Positions 12,530-25,542 of a stretch of DNA of 64,000 nucleotides are shown here, piece by piece; the first letter of the stretch is position 1, and every line of letters starts with the position of its first letter. Below the pieces are notes generated by a model. That model ran no database searches and was not told where the DNA came from. It worked only from the letters and a program-made list of their open reading frames with translations. The stretch covers positions 232,148-296,147 of the forward strand of contig ADNK01000149.1 in the NCBI GenBank assembly GCA_000320545.1, written 5' to 3'. The stretch comes from Bigelowiella natans CCMP2755. Lineage: Eukaryota; Protista; Cercozoa. The translations under genes and the position numbers were made by a program.

Positions 12530-14210
12530 GCTACTACTACTACCCCCTCCAAATCCAGAGCGAAGCATAGCATGACGAGATTCAGCAACAAGTGAAGCAC
12601 TGTGGTGGTGGCGGCCGGATTCGATATAATATGTGGAGAGGAGGAGGAGGAGAAACAAGAGACAAATTTCTATAAGGAATGGCGATATCACACCCGTATG
12701 TATTTTATGTTAGCTAAGCGCTTGTTTCATCATCGTCAATAAGAAAATATATTCGTACAGTACGTGCATGTGCACGTGTGTGTGTATTTGTGTGTGTGTG
12801 CGATTGTGTCATCGTCACTCACCATCGGAGTGAAGAAAGATATGAGTCAGAAATCTCCAGAACTGTTTGAACGTCCCCCAGCGAAACAATTTTAGAATAC
12901 AAGTCATACTCTATTCCATTTCGAGTCGGTGCATAATCATTATCACCATCATCATCTACTAGTACTATCACTACTACTACTACTACCTCTCCATGCTTCA
13001 GCGTGGCGGGTGGAAATAAAACTGTCAGCCGTAAGAATGTCGAACCGCCTTTATGAGTAGAACAGACAGAGAGTAGTAGTAGCAGCAGAGTAGACACCAT
13101 TGTTAGCTATGCGATCTCACGGCTCATCATGCAGCGACGACGCATTTGCAGTATTGATTTGCAATTCATTCATCGTTCAAACAGCTCCCGGGTCTCTCGA
13201 GTGGGGAAAATACTGCTGCAAGAACACGGTATATATTCGATAATCTCGGGCTCAGAACACAGAGAAAGTGCGTCGTACATGGGGCGCTGTTCGTTAGTTT
13301 CTGCAAGATGAGCCCGATGATTCCTAATGCCCCGATCTGTAATGGTATCATCGGCAAAATTAAGGAGTGTATGTACTTAGTTGCTACTCGAATTCAGTGA
13401 TGGGGAATAAGTCGTACCGACACGAGAACAGGGGAATGTGTCCAGACGTCCATCAGCCCGCTGAATAAATAGCAGAGCAAATCATAAGTAACACCCTTTC
13501 AAAATAGATTAATGGGCAGGTGGAGGAGGAGGAGGGAGACCACGATAACTAACAGCGAGTAAATTATCCTTCTAATACTATCAAATCCTCCCTAACTCCT
13601 TATCTCTCCTCCTCCTCCTCCTCCTCCTCCTCCTCCTTCTCCTTCCACCTTTGCCAGTCTTCGTAAAACAAGAATGGCCACTGAATTACAGAAGGAGTAA
13701 CATTGATATCAATATCCAACGGATGACGAACAGGTTCATCGACCGACCGTAATAGGCGGCGGAGGGTATCTAATATCGAGCTTTTTTGCCATTAGATTCC
13801 TGAATGCGCTTCGTGTCGATCCAGCGTATCCATTACCGTAGCCGCTGCCCCCCCCCCCAGCCTAAGCGAGGTAATATAAGATTAAAGATCTTGTCGCTGT
13901 ACTGAGGGATTAGCATCAGACCGTTGGCACAATATAATTGGTGCTGTACTCGTCAACGTTGCTTTTTAAGAAGCTGCTTCCTAAGATAATATAAGAGTCA
14001 AGTATCAGCATCTCAAATGGAATAATTAAGCCCCGCCCCTGCCGCCATTGCACGAACCAATTACAGCGTTAGGAGGAGGAGACCTGAGCGCGTCGAGTAA
14101 CCAACACAAAGAAGGAAGAGCAATGCCACTGCCGTGGCAGAATACAAGATTAGCAGTGATGAACCACGGAAAGAAGACGCCCGTAGACTGGGGGAGGGGG
14201 CACGTGCCAT
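6379..14210 (-). CDS. Rhomboid-family intramembrane serine protease with an N-terminal targeting leader and a long C-terminal extension
   Basis: Motifs appear in the correct order across exons: WRFLTHIFLHSD (~12855), VLHLLLNLVMLCFALDLEG (~12590), GSLNVIWVVAVSAFSSGLG (~11930), GLSGVCFGLQG (catalytic Ser, 11454-11465) and IGFAGHLFGFIGG (catalytic His, 10422-10430). Leader MARAPSPSLRASSFRGSSLLILYSATAVALLFLLCVGYS starts at ATG 14210. The last exon ends ...GSPSNHSRK* at 6379. The 3' exons are only partly resolved. Confidence 0.85.
10758..10968. repeat. Intronic tandem duplication of about 103 bp (2 copies)
   Basis: agagtatt...gatatttattcaaaagaggaaatagatggtggaggattactgt...gagaggtgcgagca begins at 10758 and again at 10861. 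The flanking rhomboid exons join in phase without it (...YAPALR|GRLYYACMW). Confidence 0.9.
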
Positions 14211-14424
14211 AGCGCCGAGCACAAACACCAGGGCGGGTTTTGATCTATTTCGAGAGATAAATTTGAATAAATGCATGTCGCGCCTTATAAAAAGCACTTG
14301 GGGTATCAACATGCGACAGACAACTGTTAAAAGTTGTTGAAACGGCTTCCTTTTTTTTAAAAAACATTCCCCCTAGATTTTCTCTCCGTTCCTTCTCCCA
14401 GGAAGAAAGGCGGAAGGGCCGAGG

Positions 14425-15150
14425 GCTAGCTAGCTAGAGGGCTAGAGGGGCCGAAGGGCCGGCGACTGACTCTTCACACTTTGCTTCGCGTCATTTTGGA
14501 GCTCATAAGGGTTTAATTTCACATGCTTCGCACATCTTTCAGTTCAGCGACCAACGCGTAATTGCAAAATGCTAGCTGATTGGCTGATTGGCACGCTAGA
14601 CGTGCTAGCGTGACACAAGGCTAGAAAGGTCACATTCAGCAGCCTGTGCATGAATGAATGAATGAATGAATTTGCTGCCTGGCCGCGTGTTGCCATGCTA
14701 CCTAGTGCACCATGTCATGTGCAGTGCTTGTACCTAGCTAGCTAGTACATGGAGACCATCAATCCTGTCAATCGCATTCTTGGTGCACGCACGCGCAACA
14801 ACACTGCTGGACTGTCATCCACCGCCCACCTCGATCATTGGCGATTCATGTGCAGCTCTGGAACGAACAGGCACAGACAAGGTCTTCGAGATAAAGTATG
14901 CCTAGATGTCTGCACATCTAGGTATCTGAGTGAGGAACAACCGGAGAACAACGCACGACCGATCAAGTTGTCGACACAATGATGCAAAGGCCTTTATCGA
15001 TCAATTGGCAGCACTATAGCATTGCGCTATGCACGTACGCGGCATGTAATTCTAGAAATGCGTCGTGCATGCTCGTAATAGAGCATGCTGGAAACACCTG
15101 CATGCTCCGAAATGCCTAGATGTATGCACGTTGAGCACAGATGCAGTTTG
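14425..15150. other. Palindrome-dense RY tract in the tandem spacer (VPS9 3' end / rhomboid promoter)
   Basis: gctagctagctag, gtgctagc, ctagctagctagtac, tgcacatctag and gcatgc/tgca clusters. Confidence 0.8.
14576..14593 (-). promoter_or_regulatory. Tandem CCAAT boxes (putative NF-Y sites) upstream of the rhomboid gene
   Basis: Plus-strand ctgattggctgattggca reads tgccaatcagccaatcag on minus, two consensus CCAATCAG about 370 bp upstream of ATG 14210. Confidence 0.35.
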
Positions 15151-15428
15151 AGAGACAATAGATATCACGTTAAAACGCGACATAAGGAACACATCTACGT
15201 CCATCCTTCAGCATGTGCAATCATATAAGACTTTTGCCACCGCTTTCGAAAGGTGTTTTTCCATCCACAAAATCCTATGAATTTATACGATTGGTAAATT
15301 GAAAAATCGATCTTTTGTGAAAAATATTCTGGGGCTACAAACACGTGTGATTCCAATTGAGCTACACGAAATGTATGGTTAGAAACATCGATGCGTTGTC
15401 GTCCTCAAAATATAAAATTTGTTGCGAA

Positions 15429-17598
15429 TTATTTGAAAATGATCTTGTTTCTCTTATTAATAGGTGCCTGTGGGTTGGCAGAAGCGACGAAATGCAGAGC
15501 CCCCTCAACTGCCGTCATATAATACATTTTTTCGCTGCTAGCATCTTCCTTCCGGCCAAACATCTTAGGAACAAAAGCGATATCAAGATACTGGCATTCA
15601 AGTAAGTTGATGTTTATTCGTTGAAATTGGTTCTATCTTAGATTGCCGTGCATTATTATTGTATATAACCACCTTAACTAGGTGTATTGCACGATGCAGC
15701 CTATGCAGATCTCCATGCTGAAATTGTAATCGAGCAGGAAAGCAAAAACACTCAACGAAATAATCTCAATTTATCATCCATCCACATGGAACTCTTGCAG
15801 AGAAGGCCTAGCACCAGCACCGATGATACCGTGCAAACAGTTCGTTGTAACAACCACCATGCCCAAAGGGAAAAGGTTGATAGATATTCACAGATGCCGA
15901 AGAACATAAACTCATCGAATCCTTGAGGCGAAATTTAGGCTAAAATGTTCCTTCACGTCATCATCGCTATCATCATCTTATCTTTGAAATCACGGTGAGA
16001 GAATAATCCATGCAGCAATCCATGCACCACCACCAAAATTACATACCGTGACGACGTAAAGCAAAATCGGAAAGAAGCTATCAGCGCCCATTTTGACAGG
16101 GGGAGGTTCACCACTGCTGCAGCAGCAACAACGACACGAATCAAAGTAGAGAGTAAAAATCAGAGAAATTCTCGGAGCCATATTAGAATTTATAAGAGCT
16201 CGATTACATTGTATGATGCTTGTCTTCTACTGCTACTATGCGTTGTTGCTTCCCCTCGTCTGCAGGCGGCTGTCTTTCTCGGCCGCTCACTCGAGGAGGA
16301 GGAGGAGGAGAGGATATTGTAGAGGGAGGAGAAGTATGTTTCTTCGATTGATCAGCAGCAGCAGCAGCAGCAGCTGAAGATACTTGCTCTTCGTTGATTG
16401 CATTCATTACTGAGTACCGCCGTGAGAGAGTGTAGATGTTCTTCAATGATAATAAGATTCCACGGGTAAGTAGTAGTAGGTAGCAGCACCATTACTAAAC
16501 ATCATCATCATCATTTTGCTGCTACATGATGTTGATATCCAAGGTCAGGTCTCTCACCCTCATCTCTACACACGCAATGCTGCATCCGTAATCATCGTCA
16601 TCGTCGTCGTCATCATCATCATCGTCATCGTCGTTTTAATCATGGCAAAACCACAAATTCTTCTACTAGTAGTAGTAGTACCCGTGCTGAATGCAAGACC
16701 GCATGCATGATATCTTCTGGAGCCGTCAAAGTGCACGCTTCCTCTAGAATTCCTGCAGAGTTTACAATCGTCATCATGATGATCATGATAATCATCATCA
16801 TCGTCATCACCATCATCATCATGATCGTATAATACGCACAGGTGATGTAATGGTTATGCGTAGTACTGATGGCTGCATTGTAAGGCTGCTGCTGTGGTCG
16901 CACGTTCCTGGGTATGGCTATCTCTCCTCCCTTTGCTTCTTCGGGATGATGATGACTAGGAGGAGGAGGAGAAGGAGGAGAGCAGCTCGGCGTGGTAGTT
17001 CTGTTGCTGGTATTACTGCTATACGACGATTCCACGACGATGTGCTGCTTTTTCGTGGGTTGTTTATCACCGACAACAAAGGAGCACGACAGCGCTTTAT
17101 CGATGTGATTAGTGGGGAGTGAGGAAGGACTCGAGCTGTTGTCGTTTTTATCGTCATCATCATCATCATCATTGTTGTTGTTGTCTTCACCAACTTTGCT
17201 AGTGGTAATCGGAAGGGACGAGGAGGAGGAGGAGGGGGAGGAGGATACTTGCTCTAGTTCCTTAAGCTTGCCTTTGGTTTTGTCGCTGCAACCTCCTCCT
17301 GCTCCTCCTCCTCCCTCGCCCTTCCTCGGAACATCATCATCGATGGGACAACAAAATATTGGAGGTATTCCCATCTGAGAACGCAAACAACAGTAACTCA
17401 CACACCGTGGTGCTAGTACGATTGATAATGACGATGTAGAAGAGACGAGATCGACAAGCTCGTCGTTTGTCAAGAACACCGAACATGTACCTGCTGCTGC
17501 GTGAGATGGCGCATCCAACGCAGCTTCTTTTTCAATATGTTCTCCCGCGAAACGAGGAATTCATCGACGATGCGAATGGTGTGCAGGAACCTTGTCCA

Positions 17599-17639
<41 letters not shown>

Positions 17640-17959
17640 TAGAGAGAGGTAGGAAGGAGCAAAAAGAGGGATATGGATATCAGAAAGAGGAGAGGGCAAA
17701 GATAGAATTATGATAACGAATGTTTCATGCCAGTACTTAGTAGAGAACACGCATGGCATTCGTCATGTCGGCAGGGTTGATTATGAGGAGCATTCTCTGC
17801 TTTGTTGGTGGAATATGCTGAGGACTTTCAAGATCACGCTCAAAAAAACAAAATGGTAGTTCTTTCTCGCATTTGAAGTAATACACATGATTGTGGTTCT
17901 CTACGGCATAGTTTTTTCATATGTTTTGTAATCCTTTGCCTTCACCTTCCCCCCCCCTG

Positions 17960-17994
<35 letters not shown>

Positions 17995-18460
17995 ATACAT
18001 GTATATTCTTATATTGTGCATAATAACATTATATTTTATTATAAGTATATGCAAAACACTACTTTCTCAAAATCACGCGCCCGAATAGCAAATGAACGTA
18101 CTTCTGCAATGCCCCTTCACCCACACCTAAGCGTGGTAAGTGTGTTTGTACGTGTGTACGTGTGTACGTGTGTACGTGTGTACGTGTGTACGTGTGTACG
18201 TGTGTACGTGTGTACGTGTGTACGTGTGTACGTGTGTACGTGTGTACGTGTGTGTGTGTGTGTTTTTGTGTGTGTGTGAAATTGTGATTGCAAACTCTTG
18301 CATGATATCTGTGATTGTACAAACAACACAACCGTATTCTTTAATGAATCCAAGGGCGAACTGCCGCAGAAATACGGCAACCTTACCCGGTGGTATGCTC
18401 CTACCGTCACAATCAACAACGTCACGCAATACTTTTTCGAATCAATATTGCACATAAATG

Positions 18461-18496
<36 letters not shown>

Positions 18497-19698
18497 GTGT
18501 GTGTGTTTGTGTGGTGATGCTGGTGGGTTTTGATCACACGGCGCTGTGGTGAGTAGTAACCTCGGGTCCTTTGCTTCGAGAAGATCTATCCATCGTGACA
18601 GTGCTCGGCCTTCTGCGTGCCGCTTTTAGGTGGTGGTGGTGGTGGTGGTGGTCGCAACGTGGAAATGGTGAGGAAAATAACAACAACAACAACAACAACA
18701 ATAACTACCATTGGACTAACAACAGTATAATAATAACAGTGACGTGAAATATTACTATCGTTTTGATATTCTATCATCGTTATTGCCATTCAGTATCGCC
18801 ATCGTCATCATTATCATCATCATCATCATCATCATCATCATTCAATCACCACACACACCTGATCCGAAATAAAGCAGTCGAATTCAAATTCCAAATCGGG
18901 AGCAGGGGTGTACAAGGCGGTGGATCGATAAAACCTTTTTGCAGCATCATCATCGGGTCAACGAGATCAGTAGGGAAAGGAGGAGGATGGTGACGAGGAA
19001 GATAAAGAGAGGAGAAGGACGAGCATGCCCCCCACCCCTCTGTTATCCATTCACAAACATTCACAAAAACGAATGAACGGCGAGGTTCCGCTTTTATTTG
19101 GCAAGAAGAGCTCTCACATCATCCTTCCAGGCCCTGTCATTCCACCACCGCTACCACCACCACCACCACCACCACTATCAACCCACCACCAATGCGTTGC
19201 TGCTGTTGTTGCTTGCTATCACATCCATCATTCACAGGCAGCAGCAGCAGCAGCAGCAGCAGCACCAACAACAACATACTTGTCAAGACTCCTGAGGAGG
19301 GCTGCCACCCTTTGCCGGCGCGGAACGTTTTCGACCTTTCAGTGTCATCATCAACATCTATCATCATAATTCATCGTCTGGACTACTCACAAGATTTCGA
19401 GAACAACAAATCGGATAAATCCTGTGGTCATGTGTCGCGACAAAGCTTTTCAGCCTTCTCGCCTGACTAAGTTTTTGAAAATAATCCAAGAATAATTCAT
19501 AATGTTCTCATCACGTCGTGTAGGTCATAACGATGCCGATTGATATTTTTTGATAGAAATAGGCCGTTTTCGTTCAAACCGCAGCAGCAGTCAGCATATC
19601 ATTATCTAATGCCACAACCTTGAGCAGCTTACGATGCGTCACAAGGAAATCCTCCCCGGCCTTAGCAACCAATCATGATTTCATCATCATCATCATCA

Positions 19699-19729
<31 letters not shown>

Positions 19730-20664
19730 CATCAGCATCACCCCACTCCTCCCCAAACATCAGCAGAAGCGATGGTGTTGGTGGTCATCTATTATCATCA
19801 TCATCATCATCATGATTATTGTTGTTATCATTATTATTACAAGGTGAAGCTCTTGCTTTAGATCCTCCTCCTGGGACTGATCATATTGTGAAGGAGGGGT
19901 AGGAGGAGGAGGAGGAGTAGCAGCAGCAGCAAAATCATGATTAGGTGATTTCTGCTACCTTCCTTTTCAATCCATATTCTCCCTTTTCCCCTCAGCTCCC
20001 CCTCCCCCCTCTCTCCCCTCTTCTATTAGATAGATAGATAGATAGATAGAGTAAGGATAGAGGGATAGAAAGCAGGCGTGTGCTGTTGCCTCCTCCTCCT
20101 CCTTCTTCTTCGTTCCTTCTCATTCGCTCTCTCTCTCATTCAGAGAAACATACCACCAAGCTTTGCAGCGCAAGGGACTCCAAGCAAGCTGCGTCGAGGC
20201 TGCTTTTTATCTCGCGCTCCTTCGACCCTGCTTCCTTCGCCGTCGTCGCTCTCTTCCCTTCCGTCTTCATCTCATGCTTTGCAGCCAAATCGTCACAGCC
20301 GGGTCGTGGGGGGGGTGGGGGGGAGTGGGAGGGAAGGCCGGGCGGCACAGAATGATGATGGCGACTGCTACTAGTACTACTACTACTGATGATATCGTTT
20401 GGAATAGAACCGCTTCTTCTCCGACCGCTGCTGGTGATGATGCCACCAGCTCTTACTGCTTTTGTCGGAGTCGTCGTGGTGGAAGTAGAGGGTGTTGGGG
20501 TGGGGGGAGGTGGAACGGCGAAGGAGGAGGTGGAATATGAGAAGGAGGAGGAGGGTAGCGACGATGGGGCACGCACAAGTCTCTTAACTTTCTCGTTGCA
20601 CTCCTCTGATATATATACATACATCATTCAAACACACACACACACACACATTAAAAATAATTAA

Positions 20665-20699
<35 letters not shown>

Positions 20700-22930
20700 C
20701 TTGTGTGTGTATTAATGATAGAAGATCTCGATGGATCGATGATAGTGATGTGATGATGAGCAGCGTTTTGCCACTCACGACACGAGTACACAGGAGCTTT
20801 TTAAAAATCGGCAAGTTCGTCACCTCCCCCTTCCCACAACCCTTAGCAACATCGAGTAGAAGTGTGCACCACCTATATGCCTCTTTAGAATCGATATTCG
20901 GCACTTGAGGATCTTGGTTTCAACGCTCATCAGCGCTTCTCTTATATGCTCCTGCTTTTGAATGATAGCCACGAGCTCGTGCTGCATCCATCGGCGCCGC
21001 ATATCCATCTAGTTGATGTGTGATGATGATGATGTTGATGGTGATGATGATGATGATACCCGAATGTGTAGATCGATCATGCTCAGGCACACGCGCGCGC
21101 GCGCGCGCACACACACACACACACACACAAATGCATTTACATGTACATAATTAGATCTGCTGATATGCAGTCTTTCAAGGCGGAGCCTTCGTTTTATTTG
21201 ATTTGCTTAGCAATACCTCACTCTTGACGTTAGAAATTTGACGATATCGTTTCTTCCGTTTCTGTTCGAATTGACGACGGTGTAGAAGAATCCTTTGCTC
21301 GACCAAGCTGCACAACAAATGATGGTTTTGAATTTGAGTACTTTTCAAAACAGACGTATTGTGCGACTATTCACCCTTAGACAACAGAGAGAAAGACAGA
21401 AAAGCTACGTTTCCTTTCAGTATTCGATGTAATGAGTGGCACATATTTATCTTATCATGTAATTACATAGGTTATCCAAAAACAACAATGAACGAGATAT
21501 AGTAACACCACTTTCAGTATCGCAGAAGAAGAACGATGCTCTTGCACATATGCTATATTCGGATTCACTTCAAGAGCAGAACATTCTCTGCCAAACTTAT
21601 TTTATCTTGCTGATACCTAATGTGGGCGTACAGCTTTCGCGCAGGTGATGTGGAGGAGGACGAGGAAGAATCCCGAATCTTCGAAAGACGTAGAGGGGAG
21701 GGAGATAAGAGAAGGAGAAGTGGATGATGATGATGATGAAGAGAACAGCACCACCACATCGTAACACCCCACCGATGTAATATCACCGATCTATGAGAAA
21801 TTGAAATGTGACGCAACTAACACACGAATATAGCCGCCTTGTAATTGGCTACTAGCACCTGAGCAACATCGATGGTATTGTGCCGATTGTGGCCACGGCG
21901 TCGTCGTCGGTGTTGGAGCAACGATGATATTCTTGACGGTGTGGTGTGCGTCGAAGATGGCAGTGAGATCGAAGATGATGAGGGCGACGATGAGATGGAG
22001 CGCATTGAAGCAAGTCTAGGCGCAACACGGGGCTGGCGGCGAGTGATTTCAAAATAGTTGAGATCTATTCGAGGATCTGATGGAACATATCATTGATTAA
22101 TTTATTTACCACAGACAATTCCATCAAACGAAGGCAGGCTTCAAGCTGGCATACGTGAATACGAAGAAGAAGAAGAGGAAGAAAAAAAAGAAGCCCAAAG
22201 AATTGAGCCCCCAATAACAGTCAGGTTATTATCGCAAAATACCAAATAAACAGTACCTGTGAGAAGGGCATCTGGAGTGCGACATTTCTCACTGTAACTG
22301 CTGCTATACCCCTCAAGGCTGCTACTCTTCCTTCTAGTCTTGACGGGTGGTAGGGGCGCCGGAATAGAAGGAGAAGGAGGTGGTTTAAGTACTGACTCCA
22401 AGTGTTGTTGCTTTCCCATAGCTCTACGATCTGCAGGTGATACAGAACGGCTACTGCTTGCAACTTTGTGATGATTGACGACATGTGTGGCTGCATCATC
22501 TCGAGGGTGAAGAGATCCGGTCGCATCGATTTCACTTGAGCCCTTCACTTTATGTTCGTCCTGTCGGCTGGACGGATCGTCCTTCGGTCCAGGGTTGGGG
22601 GCGGCAGGCGAGGACGGCATGCTCGTCATTCACGTGTCAATGGCGAGCTGCGAACAAGAAGGCCTTAGGAGGCTCATCTCAAGCAACAGGTGGTGAATCA
22701 GAGAAGGGTAATAGCCACAGAATCGCCCTCTCCGTCGTTGTCCTTGTTTGGTTGGGTTGCTGCTGCTTAATGCACAGTGTCGGAGCTCCCCCTCCTCTTC
22801 TTCTTCCTTCTTTTTTTTTTCTGCGAGTAGATCTGGTAGGTAGTAGTAGAAGTACCCTATAACTCATTTCCACTGGGGAGAACTTCGGCGGAAATTTTGC
22901 CCCTTGTTCATGGTCTAAATTGGATTGTCG
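15429..22930 (-). CDS. Large VPS9-domain protein (Rab5-family GEF) with long low-complexity N-terminal regions
   Basis: Signature MGADSFFPILLYVV at ~16050-16090, followed by HGDLHRLHRAIHLVK | YLDIAFVPKMFGRKEDASSEKMYYMTAVEGALHFVASANP...IFK* (stop 15429). Many upstream minus-strand exons are present (e.g. ~17495-17595, ~18330-18400, ~20140-20580, ~21860-22050, ~22250-22630). The start codon is unresolved (about 22900-23150). Confidence 0.8.
18147..18250. repeat. Perfect octamer minisatellite (TGTACGTG)13 in a VPS9 intron
   Basis: 13 exact copies with strictly alternating pyrimidine-purine sequence. The flanking exons join as ...GFIKEY G|VGEGALQKY. Confidence 0.95.
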
Positions 22931-23251
22931 TTCCAATATTTTCGCCTATGTTTCCCTCTTTTTACGACTCGGGTGTACCGGTATCTGTCTCCCCAACCGG
23001 AAAAAGGTGAAGGCACAACCCAATCCTCATCCCCTCCATAATCACAATACACAAGGGAGGCAAAAGATGAGTAGTTGCAATACTGCGGGCAGGCGGTTGC
23101 TTGCAATCCAAACTGCTTGAGAATGAGCCAGAGATGAATCTTCGAACACGAGGAGCGAAGAATTTTGCTGACCAGGTCAGAATCTGGTGTTGTTTTGAGA
23201 GCCCTCCTCTCTCCGTTCTTGAGCAAGAGCAATAAATATGGCATGTAGGTG

Positions 23252-24754
23252 ATGGTCAAGGCTTGCAATAGTGGTGGAAATGCTATTTGCATGGCACTGT
23301 TTGCAATCAGTTTTGTGACTCTCCTCCTCAACGAAAAGCGCCCCGGTGCAAGCGCGGAATGGCATCTTTTGAGGGAACGTAGCAGCATTGGCCATGAATA
23401 TCCACCCACGCGATATGGTCAGAGTCTTGGTAGCTACGGCAGAATATCTCCTGCTCATGGAATCTTGAGCAAACGGGAATTACGGAGGGGAGGCATTGAT
23501 AGAACTCGTGGGAAGACTGGTGGAGGGCAGCTCGGATTTGACTTTCGCGGAGCCAAACTGAGGGGTCTTATCGAAGCCATGCTAGAAAAACCTGATGGAA
23601 AAGAGGCTCTCAATTTCTTACCAAACAGAGAACTCAACAGTGTGCTGAACGAGGTGGTACATTATCGCATCATGCATTGGGTTGAACCCTACGAATCTAC
23701 GGTAACACGTTGCCTTATCTTTGGCTAGTTAAAATTGGATAAGAGGCGAAAATACGAGGGAGGAGCTCCGGGCTCGGGTTCTGCAGCTCTCCTACGGTGG
23801 AGTCCAACACTTCAGGTACTAATTGACAAGATCGACCGAGAATTACTCTGGCCAGCACTTGCGGAGGCGCTGGATTGCTCCCAGGTCTTCCTCGATCAAC
23901 ATGAATCAACCTCTTACCCTATATCCCCCCCCCCCCCCCCCCCCTCTCTCTCTTCCTCTCTCACGAATTGGTCTGGACGTAGTACATTTTTCTCTCTCAT
24001 GAACGTTTCGTCTTCGAGCTAGAGAAATCATAAATATCCCTCTTTGCCACAAAACTACCAAAAACACCTTTTTCGACTGGCTTTCTATGATGAAAATATA
24101 TGGTCTCGTTCGTTTGAGAAGCACCTGTCGTGTCCTTGTAACGGGGGACTTACAAACGATAGGATTGTTGTGAAACCACCATTGACCTACTGAGATTGCC
24201 AGGCACATAAACATCACTGCAGAAGGAGAGAAGAAAAGAAGAGAGAGAAAAAAGGGCATAAATTTCATATGAAGTGCTAAAGCCAGTGCTCTATCTTCTG
24301 TATATTCGGCTATATCTTCTTCTTCTTCTTCTTCTTCTTCTTCTTCTTCCTCTTTTGCTTCTCCTTCTTCTTCTTCTATACTTTGCAGCTGTACATCTAC
24401 GGAGAGATACTTCCAGATCAATTCAGGTAATACTACTTGTACAAGAAGTCGTCGTCGCGGTAGCAGTAGTAAGGGTAGTAAAGATGGTGATGCTATTCCC
24501 TTGGTTGAGTCCCTGCACCACGCAGAAGCAAGAATATTCGCGTTAGGAGAAGGGTTACTTTTGTTCTTATTAATGGCTTCAGAGCTGGTTGTTTACCTCA
24601 GAACTCCAAACTGCACACGTGTTTGGGGGAAAGGCCTTCCCTTAGTGAAGATGAGAGACGTCGGAGGAGTCACCCTCTCATGGGACCCGACATCTCTGAT
24701 GTTCTCTCACGGAAACTTATCCGAACGACGGTGGGTGAGTGAGCGAGTGAGCGA

Positions 24755-24791
<37 letters not shown>

Positions 24792-25501
24792 AGTGAGAAG
24801 CGGCTATGACCAATCGCTGCTTTGCTAGCTGGACACAGTACAGAGTATCATTCAATATTATGAAAACAGTTATCCTCGCACAATGTTTCTTTGCGGTAGT
24901 ACGTATTGAGAGTGCTACTACTACTACCACTACTACTACTACTACTACAAGGTTATTATATCATGTGAACGAGACCCACCAACCAACCAATCAATCAAAA
25001 TCATCAACCAATCGACCTCAGGAGGATCGCAGATCTGGACTGTAGCGGTGAAACTGTCGTTGACCTCTTCGCAGGAATCGGGTGGTCTCTTAACTATCAT
25101 GAGAGAATGAGAAATGATGAACATCAGTCCATCGAAACTAACGAGCATCTCGCCGATGACATATCTCCGCGTTGTGCATCTAGCACAACGTAACACGTGT
25201 CTTCCCTCCCGGCATGAGGATAAACAAACTGCGTGTTGATTGCTCTTTGTTTCAGATACTTCACCTTACACTACCTCTGCAACGCAAACGCCTCCGTGGT
25301 GCATGCGTGTGAGATCAACCCGAACGCCTCGCACGCGTTGAAGTATGACTCCCATCTTCATCTTGAAAGAGAATAAGAACGATCAATGCTGTTGCTGGCT
25401 CTGAGTTGAAGAATGATGGGGGGGGGTTCTGCACGATAGATTCATTTTTTACATTTTGAATTTACGCAAGCAACCCTGTTTTCACGTGATTTCCCGGCTT
25501 T

Positions 25502-25542
<41 letters not shown>

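Noticed and set aside
18060-18145. Plus-strand GTAAGT donor suggesting a nested gene
   Set aside because: It is the reverse complement of the branch/acceptor region of a VPS9 intron; the minus-strand exons join in phase, and I found no coherent plus-strand gene.
4773-21126. Many poly-L/S/C/V/H/Y ORFs in the track (e.g. 6692..7330, 18016..18457, 19025..19470)
   Set aside because: They are read-through of intronic microsatellites; only short internal parts coincide with real exons.
22915-23409. 164-aa minus-strand ORF
   Set aside because: It overlaps TYW2 exon 1 antisense and has no recognisable motif; part could belong to the unresolved VPS9 5' end.
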